DNA from: Nitrosopumilaceae archaeon
GTDB lineage: Archaea; Thermoproteota; Nitrososphaeria; Nitrososphaerales; Nitrosopumilaceae
Direction: 5' to 3'
Assembly: GCA_965203465.1 (NCBI GenBank)
Contig: CBDBCR010000003.1
Span: forward strand, 928,263-992,262
DNA length: 64,000 nt
Shown: positions 29,922-39,726 of the stretch, one piece after another
Layout: every line of letters begins with the position of its first letter
How positions within the stretch are numbered: the stretch's first letter is position 1
Position numbers and translations under genes: made by a program
Notes under the pieces: model-generated
The model's database searches: none
What the model was told of the DNA's origin: nothing
Seen by the model: only the letters and a program-made list of their open reading frames with translations

Positions 29922-31708
29922 GCGTCTTCAAACCCCGCAAGAAATTTGCTTATGCGATCGTTGGCGTCGGGAAGCTGCACCGGAATAGGAAGCCCGTCTA
30001 TTCCAGTCGCGCTGTGGCTTATCAGCAGCCACTGGCCAGCGCTAAAACGCAACGACTCTTGGATGGTGTCGTCTGACAGGCCAAACGCCTCCTGTATCTT
30101 TTCGCGGTCTGATGCACGTGGAAGCTTGCTGACGAAGTAGGTGTGGGGTTGCCCCAAGATGTTCGTGTCTAGATACACTATTCTCTGCGTTGCTATGCCT
30201 ATGCCTAGCCCGTACTTTCTCCCTCTTCTTGCCAGCTGTTCTGCTGTCTGCTTGGACTCTTTCATTCCGGGTTGTCTGTCGTCTTGCGCTATGAATTGAT
30301 CTGCCTCATCATAAACGAAAGACACGGGGGGAGATATTATTCCGTCCCTCCTTCTGCTGTCGAGCATCGTGTTTCCAAGTTTGCGTGAAAACATGCGCAC
30401 CTCGCTGTCGTCGCCATCCTGTATTATGTATAGCGCCCCGGTGCCGGATCCGTTTAGATTGTCCGTCATCTGCTCAATCGTGATCTTGAATTTGTCGCGT
30501 ATGTTTTCACTTGTTCTCAACCGATTACGGTGCGATTCAAGCTCGCGCTTAAGTTTTTTCCTGAGCTCTTCCGCCTTTGCCGCGCTAGTCGTGGGCATCT
30601 GGTATTCGTCTATCTGATTTAAGAGACTAGTGATGCTTTGTACAGTAACAGAGCCTGTGGTTGTGTTACGCTGAACGTGCGCAATGAACTGGCTCTTAGC
30701 CTGAGACTGCTGTCCGGTTGACTCATCGACTATACCCGAGACTAGATTGCTCAATGACTCGCTACCAGAGATCGCAAGCGCCTTTAGCTTTCCCTCGCGT
30801 AGTATTTTCCGTATTGGGCCAACGAACTTTTCTCGCTGTGTTGCAAGCATTTTTGGCAGAATCGTGGTCTTGACAATGTCGTTCGCCGCCGTATCTAGGT
30901 TTTTGTCGGTAGGGTCACTCCAGAACGCAGCTACCGATCTTGGAACAGCGCGATCTGAAAGGAACACCACGCATGCGTCTGCTCTGGCAGACAGTACATC
31001 GATCAAGAGCGCGCTGTACTCGCCCATCAGATCGTAGATGACGATTTTTGCCGAATTGCCTGCCTTGGAGGACACCTTGGACGCAACGGTGCTGAGAAGA
31101 TTGGACTTTCCGGCATTGGTATATGCGAACACGCCGAAGTGTGTGCGAATCATGCTGTCCCAGATGGCAAGTATGTCCACGTCTTTGGAATTTGTAAGAT
31201 TGCCCACTGTTATGACTTCGTCAGTGCGTTTTTGCAGGTCGTGGTTGATTATACGTCTAGTCCACTCGATGTCCAAGACTCTCACCCTTTCTCCGGGCAT
31301 TGGCATGTTGCTTTCCCGAGCCATTGCGGGTTCGCCTCCAGTCAATCTCGGCTTTCTTATCTCAAAGGTGCTCGGTATCGCATCGCATTCTATCTTTGTT
31401 GTGTCCTCTATAGGGCGATCCTGTTCCCAGTCCTTAGAGGCGCTCATGGCGGCCTCTTCCACGAATCCTGGATATCCGTCCTTGCCGGCCATCATGGCGT
31501 AGTGCCTTGGCATGATCGATGTTATTCGCATTACGCTGTAGCGATCCTCTTCGTCGGTGCTAGCAAAATTCTTCACCGCTATCAAGGATCCCTCGCGTAT
31601 CCTCCCCATGTGATTTCGCACGAACGGAAACCACACAACAAAACCGAGTTTGGTCTGGTCGGATTTTTTTATGTCCATCAACGTGCCTTGAATATCGTCC
31701 TCAAACAT
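29918..31708 (-). CDS. HerA-like ATPase/translocase
   Basis: HAS-barrel-like N-terminus, variant Walker A AYTNAGKS, YDLMGEY, VYDEAD, ARRGRKYGLG..ATQR; SD GGAGG. Confidence 0.9.
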   Translation of the reverse strand: MFEDDIQGTLMDIKKSDQTKLGFVVWFPFVRNHMGRIREGSLIAVKNFASTDEEDRYSVMRITSIMPRHYAMMAGKDGYPGFVEEAAMSASKDWEQDRPIEDTTKIECDAIPSTFEIRKPRLTGGEPAMARESNMPMPGERVRVLDIEWTRRIINHDLQKRTDEVITVGNLTNSKDVDILAIWDSMIRTHFGVFAYTNAGKSNLLSTVASKVSSKAGNSAKIVIYDLMGEYSALLIDVLSARADACVVFLSDRAVPRSVAAFWSDPTDKNLDTAANDIVKTTILPKMLATQREKFVGPIRKILREGKLKALAISGSESLSNLVSGIVDESTGQQSQAKSQFIAHVQRNTTTGSVTVQSITSLLNQIDEYQMPTTSAAKAEELRKKLKRELESHRNRLRTSENIRDKFKITIEQMTDNLNGSGTGALYIIQDGDDSEVRMFSRKLGNTMLDSRRRDGIISPPVSFVYDEADQFIAQDDRQPGMKESKQTAEQLARRGRKYGLGIGIATQRIVYLDTNILGQPHTYFVSKLPRASDREKIQEAFGLSDDTIQESLRFSAGQWLLISHSATGIDGLPIPVQLPDANDRISKFLAGFEDA

Positions 31709-31717
31709 GCCTCCACA

Positions 31718-33607
31718 CTACCTCCCGAAACTGTTCCTTATCTCCCTGAGCGTCTTTATAAGCGGACGGGACCTGAACTTTATCTCAGAACTGTCCAAAA
31801 GTTTCTTGACACTGTCGCGCATGGATTTTGCTCCCTGATCTGCTTTGTGCAGCGGATCCGGGTATCCGATCATTTCAGCAAAATGGTTTTTTGTAAGAGT
31901 GTCCAGCAGAAAGTACGTCACCAGTTGGCCTATGTTCTGTTCTTTGTTTGTGGGATGGAACAGAGGGGACATTGTGCCCAGTTCTAAAGTATCTATATTG
32001 ATTGCCTGAGCCTTGCCATCCCATTCTTGAAACGTCAATCTGTCGATGAATATGGCGTGGCCTGTGAGCGGGGACTCGGTATGGCGCCTAGTGTAAAACT
32101 GCCCGATCGACCTCATGAACAAACGCTCCGGCCGAGTAATGCCGGTAAACGTGCCTCCCAATCTAACACTGCCATTCTCAAGCCCGGTGCGAAGCGTCAT
32201 GAACGTAGAGTCAAACTCGATTGAACCCCATGGGCTAGTCAAGCCGTCGTCCAGGTACGGCAGCAGCTCGCACAACATCCTGTCCGTGGGGGGCAGTGCG
32301 CCAAAACTTTTTTCCGACAATTCGCGATATTGTCCCAAGTATCTGCACACTCCCAGATAGTTTTTGGTAAGGTATGTTGATGCAGAATCTTTTGCTATGC
32401 CTATGAGGAGTATTTTCCTGTTCCAGCACTCTTCCACTAGTGCCCGCAGACCGACTGCTATGAGGAACCTGACGTCATCGGGCGCCATCCATCGAGTCGT
32501 GGTTTTGGCGTCATGGTCACGTATCTTGTACTTTAAGGCGTCTGGGCGCTTGTCAAGAAATATTGCCTTGCACATTCCCTGGAACATCGACTTTGTTCGC
32601 TCCCAGCTCTCATACGGATTCACCTTTGTCCTTATGGTGTTGTCGGCGCCGTTAAAGGCGATGATGCCGTCAGAATCAAGCCGGTTGACGATACTGCGCA
32701 GTCTTTTGATGTCAAGTATGCCCGTCTTGCTGCCAAGATCTTCCATTTTAATCGTTTGTGATTGGTGTGGGTACTCGTGCATGAACTTGATCACGGCAAA
32801 CCTTTGCGAGAACTTTTTCCCACTCGGTATACCCATCCCTGTGTTAAAAGGATGTGCTTGTGCCACTGCTACATCACGTTTTTCCAACACACTGCCATCA
32901 GATAACACGCATCCCTGCAACCGTACTTTGTCCGGTGAAAAATCCGTATATCCCAACATTCCGCTCAGGCTGTTGTCCATCAGTATTATGTTTGGACCAT
33001 CTAGATTGGAGCTTGTGGCCACGTTGTATGCCAAGAACACCTCGGCAAGTTGCATAATCGGCAGATGCATGCTACTCAATTCTATTCTGTCTTCCTCCGA
33101 TATCACAAACTGGTTGTCGTCTCGTCCAGCTGGGAGGCCGAACGCAGGGTCTCGGCGGTCTTCCTCAGATACCATAGACCTGTTGTCATCTTCGACTTCA
33201 GCCAGCCGGTTGTAGGGTATGGGTACAAATGCTACCATGCTCACGTCTTTTTCTATCTCCCACCTCTTGTATTCCACCGTAGCCTTGCCTCCCAAGACTG
33301 TCAGCATCCCCTTTGCTCCGTATGCCCCCCCATAAAACGACACGAACTCATTTGATTTGTGTTTGTGACAGCTGCCGTCTACAGCCACGAAGTTCAACTC
33401 GCGCTTTCCAAAAAACTTCTCAGCTTCTTCCGCTATTGTTTCACGAAAGTCTCTGTCTTCGAGTCTTTGGCCCATGTTGATCACAAGATCCCTGAAGAAA
33501 TGGGTATAAAACTCGCGTGCGTTGGAGGATGTCGTACGTAGCGATTCCTCGTATTGATCCTGCGCCAGATCCAAGCTTTTCTTGTATGACGAATAAATGT
33601 CCGACAT
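31718..33607 (-). CDS. NurA-like nuclease with probable internal wHTH insertion
   Basis: VAVDGS, LAE, ILMDNSL, IGIAKDS, GYPDPLHKAD motifs; directly upstream of herA; start uncertain (33607 or 33637). Confidence 0.85.
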   Translation of the reverse strand: MSDIYSSYKKSLDLAQDQYEESLRTTSSNAREFYTHFFRDLVINMGQRLEDRDFRETIAEEAEKFFGKRELNFVAVDGSCHKHKSNEFVSFYGGAYGAKGMLTVLGGKATVEYKRWEIEKDVSMVAFVPIPYNRLAEVEDDNRSMVSEEDRRDPAFGLPAGRDDNQFVISEEDRIELSSMHLPIMQLAEVFLAYNVATSSNLDGPNIILMDNSLSGMLGYTDFSPDKVRLQGCVLSDGSVLEKRDVAVAQAHPFNTGMGIPSGKKFSQRFAVIKFMHEYPHQSQTIKMEDLGSKTGILDIKRLRSIVNRLDSDGIIAFNGADNTIRTKVNPYESWERTKSMFQGMCKAIFLDKRPDALKYKIRDHDAKTTTRWMAPDDVRFLIAVGLRALVEECWNRKILLIGIAKDSASTYLTKNYLGVCRYLGQYRELSEKSFGALPPTDRMLCELLPYLDDGLTSPWGSIEFDSTFMTLRTGLENGSVRLGGTFTGITRPERLFMRSIGQFYTRRHTESPLTGHAIFIDRLTFQEWDGKAQAINIDTLELGTMSPLFHPTNKEQNIGQLVTYFLLDTLTKNHFAEMIGYPDPLHKADQGAKSMRDSVKKLLDSSEIKFRSRPLIKTLREIRNSFGR

Positions 33608-33934
33608 CTTTCCCAATTTGATAGCCGTCGCCAGCATGTAATTATTAAGATTTGGGTAGCCGTCATAAGTGGCGCTGTTACGAATTCGTGGGTCGGACAC
33701 GGATTTGTAGGTATAAGCCGCCTTAAATAGGGATGGCCCAGATGAGGGCCCGCCCACGCCGGATCCGCCCTGAATGGAAGCGGGGCAGCGGCTGGTTCCG
33801 GCGGCGGGTGTTGCCTGATCGCACTGGACGAGCCGCCGGACGCGCTGCGGGCAATGCAAGTCCGTCCTAGGCGTCGGACGGAAGGGGTGAGCGTATATCA
33901 CGGGACCCATGTGGCCTCTTCCTGTCGTAAGCAG

Positions 33935-34948
33935 TCACGAGTGTCCCATCTGCTCATCTAGATGCTCGATGATCTGCTTGCCGAGAACAAGTGCAAAAAG
34001 CGGCGGAACCGCATTGCCTATCTGGTTTAGGGCGCTGGTTTTGGAACCAGAAAAACAAAACCTATCCGGAAAGCTCTGAAGTCTTGACGCCTCTATGCCG
34101 TACAATAGACGCCTTTTGCCGTTGCGTGTTACTATTCGGTGCATGTCACTTGATCGTCCTGCCAAGTTCCGACATGTCAGCGTCCTAGCGGGTCTATTCA
34201 TATGTAGGTCGCGCGGTCTGACACACTTTGACACACTTTCGTATACTGCGATGTAGCGATCCATGCTTGGTGTTAGGTACTGCGGTTTCTCACGCCTTGA
34301 GGCGGGAATGTTTCTTAGAGCCTCGCCAGCTGTCACCGGAGAATTAATGCTACAGATCCCGGCAGGATAATCAAACTTCCCGCCACGGCTACCCACCACT
34401 ATAATCCGTTCCCTGTTTTGTGGCACTCCATAATCGGCACAGTTGACGACCTGCGCGCTTATCCGGTATCCCAGCCTCTGAAGCTTTGTAACAGTCTTCT
34501 CGAAGTACTGCCTGTTGCGGTACGTTAGGCCTTTCACGTTTTCAAACACAAACATTCTCGGCACGATCTTCCTTACCGCGCTGACGAACGCAGGTATGCC
34601 GTTGCGCCCGTCAAGGATCCCCATCTGCCTGCCGCGAACACTGAATGGCTGGCATGGAGGGCCGCCTACGATTATGTCGGCGCGCGGAAAGTCGTATTTG
34701 GGTGTGACAAACTCTTTGATGCAGTGTCCTGCCAAGTTGGCGTTGTACGTATCACAACAGTCTGGGTCGCAGTCTATCCCGGTTACTGCAAGGCCGGCGG
34801 TCTCCAGTCCGAGTGAAAGCCCACCCGCACCCGCATATAGATCCAGAGCTGTGTAGGCAGATCTTTTTCTTCTGGACGGTTTGAACAGCCTGTCAACCTC
34901 CATCGCATAGTTGTCCTTGATGGCCTGTGGACCGTTCCCAGATTTCAT
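33935..34948 (-). CDS. C5-cytosine DNA methyltransferase
   Basis: DLYAGAGG, GGPPCQPFS, FENV, PQNRER, RLQSFP, IGNAVPP; start moved to ATG 34948. Confidence 0.95.
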   Translation of the reverse strand: MKSGNGPQAIKDNYAMEVDRLFKPSRRKRSAYTALDLYAGAGGLSLGLETAGLAVTGIDCDPDCCDTYNANLAGHCIKEFVTPKYDFPRADIIVGGPPCQPFSVRGRQMGILDGRNGIPAFVSAVRKIVPRMFVFENVKGLTYRNRQYFEKTVTKLQRLGYRISAQVVNCADYGVPQNRERIIVVGSRGGKFDYPAGICSINSPVTAGEALRNIPASRREKPQYLTPSMDRYIAVYESVSKCVRPRDLHMNRPARTLTCRNLAGRSSDMHRIVTRNGKRRLLYGIEASRLQSFPDRFCFSGSKTSALNQIGNAVPPLFALVLGKQIIEHLDEQMGHS

Positions 34949-35311
34949 TTGTGTGGTCTGGCCTGGTAACGGTATGTTAAACCTTCTGCAGAATCCGGGG
35001 TTGCCGCATAATTCCCCAGAATGACGGATTCCGGCGCGCCTGAGTCCCAGCGCCCGCAAGGGGGCCGCGCAGATCGGTTTTTTCCGACAAACGGTCAATT
35101 CTTTCCGACCGCTACGCTTATTGATCACGGCCATAACCGCCCGCCGTTGAAGCAGCAACGGCGGGCCGGCTACTGGCCAGGCTACCACGCGTCGCGTGCC
35201 TCAAAAGATTTCGTCGTCGGCTGCGTCAAGGATCTTGTGATTAAAAAAACCGCCGCCCGAGCCTGTTCGCAAGAGCCGCCGCGGCAGGCCTAAGGTGTAC
35301 CCGGTGCCGAA

Positions 35312-36141
35312 ATGGCCATCGTGTGCGTCCTTATGAACCACTTCAACCTCTCGTCCTACGAAGCCGAGAACGCGGCGGCGTCTTGGGATCTGGATCTGAA
35401 CGGACTCGTTCCGGACAATACGACTATTCTGAGGGCGCACGCGGATCTCTACATGCAGTGGTTCGAAGACATGGTGGCCGAGACTGCCAACGCGTGCCTA
35501 AAAAAAGGCCGGGATCGGCGAGGCAAGCGAGATCGACACGGCGGCGGACAGCACCGGCGCGGAGACCGACGGGTACGAAGACAGGGCGAAGCTGGACAAA
35601 AAGACCGGCAAAGAGACCGTCGCGCGCAAAATCGTACCGGAAATGACACGTTTTCGCGGTGCTGAAGCTGCAGGTAATCCTCTCGTGCGCGATGACGCCG
35701 GGCAACGTGGCCGACACCGACATGCTGCCTCCGCTTCTTGAAAAGGCCAAGAAAGTGGGGCGCAGTTTCGCCGGCTGGTGGCTGCACGCCGACAGGGGAT
35801 ACGACTCGGATCGGAACTGCAAGTCCGCCTTCGAGATGGGCATGCACCCCAACATCGACCAGAGGAGGAGCAGGGAGAACAGCGGCAACAGGCGCAACGT
35901 CGGCAAGCGGTTCCGCCGCAGGGCCGTGGCCCTGTTCGATCGGTGGCGCTACCGGAAGCGCAGGATGGTCGAGGGCATATTCGGGGCCGGGGAGACGCGC
36001 GCCCACCGGCTGCTCTGCCGGTACAGGAGAAAAGAGACGCAGAAGAGGTTCTGCATGCTGCTCGCGATAACGTGGAACATGCGCCCGCTCAACCGGATCC
36101 GGTGCGCCGCGGAAACTGCCGCCGCGCCGGCGTCGGGGTAA
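35312..36141 (+). pseudogene. IS5/IS4-superfamily DDE transposase, frameshifted
   Basis: VADTDML, HADRGYDS, YRKRRMVEGIFG signature; N-terminal part in other frames. Confidence 0.75.
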
Positions 36142-36890
36142 TCTGCAAGGGCCCGGACGGGCCGGAAACGGCCCTCCGAGGGAATCAGGCCGACCCGCCT
36201 GTAGCCGGACCTTCGAAACGACGGAATCCGTCGCTTTGGGCGATTCGCGGGGGAATTATGCGGCAACCCCGCAGAATCCAGTCAACCCAAAAGTACCCTG
36301 GCGGAGCCCGGAAAGCGATCGCCGGCAGGGCCCACCGAAAGATCCAAAAAGGCCGTCTTGGACGACGCCTCAACCTACATGAAGAGGAACCGCCCGGGAC
36401 GAGCTCGGAGGAGCGACCGCCCCATGTATGAGCTGGTGACGGGCATGTTCGTCGAGGCGGCAGGCTGCGCCGGGTTCTCGGTCGCGCCCAACGCCAGATA
36501 CGGCCCCAAAGACTTGCCCGCTGCGCTCCGCGCTGACGGCGATGCCGTTCTTTCTGTAGTCCGGATCCGGGCCGCCCGGCTGATCCGACAAGACGGCCCA
36601 AGACGGGCGGGGACGCTGCGCGCTGCGGCGGCCGAGTTCGTGCCTGCGCCCCCGTCCGGGCGGCGACGCGGGCGCCGGGCAGCCCGGGCCGCGCCCGGAA
36701 CGGGACCGGACGAGCCAGTCTTTCTGACGCCGCTGCCGTTTTGCCCATTTTGGCCGCGTTTGCGATCGGAAATTATCCGCCCGCCGGAGGAACTTTTGGG
36801 TTGGCTGGAATCCAGACCCCGACACTGGCGGATTCTGGAGTCGTTCGCGTCTGACTGAATGTGACCTCAACCGCCCCTAGACATCCCACC

Positions 36891-36953
36891 GCCCGCGCCG
36901 GCAGGCGCGGTGCTGCCCGGATCGGAAGCCGCGGTGGACGGTCTGGTAGTCGC
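36891..36953. repeat. 63-bp direct repeat, copy 2
   Basis: Matches 27212-27274 at 56/63. Confidence 0.85.
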
Positions 36954-37044
36954 CTAGCCCGGACTCGCGTCCACAGCGACAAAAACTGGGCCGCAGGACT
37001 ATATTCCCGTGGAGCCGTTAGATCAAGTAGCCACATGGCTACTG

Positions 37045-37446
37045 CTAGACGTGGCCCCGCACTATCCGCAGGATGCGACGCATGCACACGCCCGGCCTCC
37101 GCTCTATGTCGTGCTCCCACAAGCGAACCACCGAATACCCTTCGCGCCTAAGCCTGCATGTGACATGACTGTCCCACCTCATGTTTCCCTCTATCTTGTC
37201 GCGCCAGTACCTCTGCTGTGGCCTCCTGCCGTCGTAGTTGTAGCCGTGCCAAAAGTCCCCATCGCAGAACACCGCCACGCGGTCGCCCGCCAGAAAGTCC
37301 GGCCGGCCGAAGATGTTAGGGTGCCGGGTAAACCGGATCCCAGCCCCTCTCAGCATTCTGCCCACCTCAAGCTCGATCTTGGTGTTTTTCCAGCGGATCC
37401 GAGACATTACGTAGCTGCGCTTCTCCGGCGAGAACATGTCCGCCAT
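37045..37446 (-). CDS. vsr: Vsr endonuclease
   Basis: MADMFSPEKRSYVMSRIR, GRPDF, FCDGDFWHG, VRLWEH. Confidence 0.93.
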   Translation of the reverse strand: MADMFSPEKRSYVMSRIRWKNTKIELEVGRMLRGAGIRFTRHPNIFGRPDFLAGDRVAVFCDGDFWHGYNYDGRRPQQRYWRDKIEGNMRWDSHVTCRLRREGYSVVRLWEHDIERRPGVCMRRILRIVRGHV

Positions 37447-37452
37447 GGTGGC

Positions 37453-38661
37453 CTACCTGATCATCCTTTTCACGCTTTTGGCCACCGCCAGCGCCAGCAG
37501 AGGCGGCACCGCGTTTCCCACCTGCCGGAACTGCGCAGACCGGGATCCATGGAATACAAAGCTGTCCGGGAAGCCTTGGAGCCTGGCGGCCTCGCGGACC
37601 GAGACCGTCCGGTTCTGCGTCGGGTGTATGTACATGTACCCGTCCTTGCCCAAGTGTGCGTTTACCGTCCATGACGGCCTGTCCAGTGGCAACCTCTTCC
37701 ACTTGTCATCAAACGAGTCGTTGCTGTACCCGATCTTGCGCCTGTCCGCGCCTGAAAGCTCAGACCATTTGCTGCCCGGCCTCATGTGCCTGAAGACACA
37801 CAGGTCCTTTTTTCGGTGCCACCGAGTCACGTTGTTGTGCAACTCGCCCGAGTTTCCCCTTGCCCACCTCTGGAACGCGCATGCGGGGCCGCGCCCATAC
37901 GTGCGGACATAGTCCGTCCGCTTGGAGTGTTTGGGGGACGGCCGGAGTACCGGCATATCTCCTAACGCGTCCCGCACCGTTACATGCCAGCTAGCTGCCT
38001 TTCGGCGCCGCGTCGTTTTCTGGTCCGCCGAAAAGTGCGTAGGTTCTGGCCATGCCACCGCGGCCCGCCTGCGAGTCGCGACGAAGAACAGGCGCCTTCG
38101 CAGCTGCGGCACCCCAAAGTCTGTCGCGCTGAGCAGCCTGTATTCAATGTTCCGGTACCCGACGCCGGCAAAGTCCTCCCTGATCTGCTCCACCACCCGA
38201 CCGTTCCTGTAGCTCATCATGCCCGGTACGTTCTCCATCACGACCGCCTTGGGACGGAACTCCCTGACAAACCCGACGAACGACTTGTACAGACCGTTGC
38301 GCCTGTCGTCTATAAAGCGAGCGCGTGAGCTTCTCCCGCTGCGCTGGCCGTTCTTCACCAAGGACGCGATCTTGGTCCTCCCGATGGTGCTGAACCCCTG
38401 GCACGGCGGGCCCCCTATTATCACATCTACATCCCCTCTTCTCAGCCCCGACGCTTCTTGGAACCTTTCCACGTAGCCCGGCGATCCCGCGTCCGAGCGC
38501 ACTATGCTGTCCCGTGAGACCGTGGGGAAGTTTCGCCGGTAGGTCTCAAGCCCGTCCTCAAAGATATCTAGCATTCCGACAGGACGCATTCCCGCAAGGC
38601 TGAACCCTAGGCTCATTCCGCCCGGGGCGCCGAACAGGTCAACGAATGTGGGCCGGGTCAC
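37453..38661 (-). CDS. C5-cytosine DNA methyltransferase
   Basis: DLFGAPGG, GGPPCQGFS, MENV, PQLRRR, IHPTQNRTVSVREAARLQGFP, GNAVPP. Confidence 0.95.
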   Translation of the reverse strand: MTRPTFVDLFGAPGGMSLGFSLAGMRPVGMLDIFEDGLETYRRNFPTVSRDSIVRSDAGSPGYVERFQEASGLRRGDVDVIIGGPPCQGFSTIGRTKIASLVKNGQRSGRSSRARFIDDRRNGLYKSFVGFVREFRPKAVVMENVPGMMSYRNGRVVEQIREDFAGVGYRNIEYRLLSATDFGVPQLRRRLFFVATRRRAAVAWPEPTHFSADQKTTRRRKAASWHVTVRDALGDMPVLRPSPKHSKRTDYVRTYGRGPACAFQRWARGNSGELHNNVTRWHRKKDLCVFRHMRPGSKWSELSGADRRKIGYSNDSFDDKWKRLPLDRPSWTVNAHLGKDGYMYIHPTQNRTVSVREAARLQGFPDSFVFHGSRSAQFRQVGNAVPPLLALAVAKSVKRMIR

Positions 38662-39049
38662 GGCGGTGCATCCTCGTACGTGGCGAGATCCGCGTGCCTC
38701 TGGAATTTACCGTCCCGATCGTATTCAAACATCGAGTCTCGGCCGCCGTAGCTGTAAGTCACCCTCTTGAGAGGCTTCGCCTTTTCCGGCTCCAACGGAA
38801 CGGCGCTCCTGAGCTTCCTTTTACGTGCTTCTGCAAACCGGCGAGTATGCACCCACCCTCCCCGGCCCGTTGGCGCTGCATGCACCTGCGACTGGCCTGT
38901 GCAGCAAATCCGCCTGTTCGGAGTTGGGTACCAGTTAGGATTTTTCCCATGTCGCCCAGCACTTGCTGCGCCCGTAATCCAGACATTATGCAACAAGCAC
39001 GTGGTTAACTTTCGCGGCTATGACATCAGGCGCTTGCGTGCAGGTCTGC

Positions 39050-39678
39050 AGGGTAAAGGGCGAGCCAGACAAGCCCGCTGGACATGGCTGTGCACCGGGG
39101 ACGACGCGGTAGTAGTCGAGGTCGCGACAACTATGAGCGCCGGGATCCTGGACATGTTCTTTCCGTTCTTCGAGACGCCCCTGACGTCCGACGGATACCC
39201 CGGGTACCTCAAGTTCAGAATCCGGCAGAGGTGCTGGGCGCACGAGACGCGCGAGACGCGGTACGCGGCGAAGCGGCGCGGGCCGGCCGGCACGGCGTTG
39301 CACTAGCGGTTCGCGGGCTGCTCTACAGGACCAAACGCGCGCCGCCCGACGGGGATCTGGTGCGCCGGATGGAGGGCGAGGTGATCGCGATCGCGTCTGG
39401 ATACCGTTCGCTGGGGGAGGGCAAGCTTGCCACGAGGCTGGAAAACGCGGCGCCGCACCTCTACGTTCGTGATGCATCTGGAACTGCACCCTACGAACAA
39501 CGAGGCCGAAAGGCTGCTCCGCCCCGTTGTGATCCAGACCCTGATCAGGAAGCACCACGTGACCTAGGAGGGGATGAGGGCGTTCAGCAGGATCATGACC
39601 GGCGCGCCGGCCCGGCGCAAGCGGGGCCTGAACGCCTACGGCGAGTTCTACCGGCCTATCGACGACCTGACCGCTTAC
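39050..39678 (+). pseudogene. IS66 transposase C-terminal remnant with right end
   Basis: TSDGYPGY, QRCWAH, PTNNEAER with stops and frameshifts; end reads GTAAGCGGTCAGGTCG on the minus strand. Confidence 0.75.
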
Positions 39679-39726
39679 GGAACCGGGCCCGAATAGCACA
39701 AATAGGAGTAGATCTAGACCCCACGC

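Noticed and set aside
35207-36228. 11-bp imperfect IR as ends of the IS5-like relic
   Set aside because: Short, no TSD, and the right copy is part of a local palindrome
36379-36520. Possible N-terminal fragment of another transposase (FSVAPNARYGPKDL)
   Set aside because: Too short, with no catalytic motif or ends to support a call
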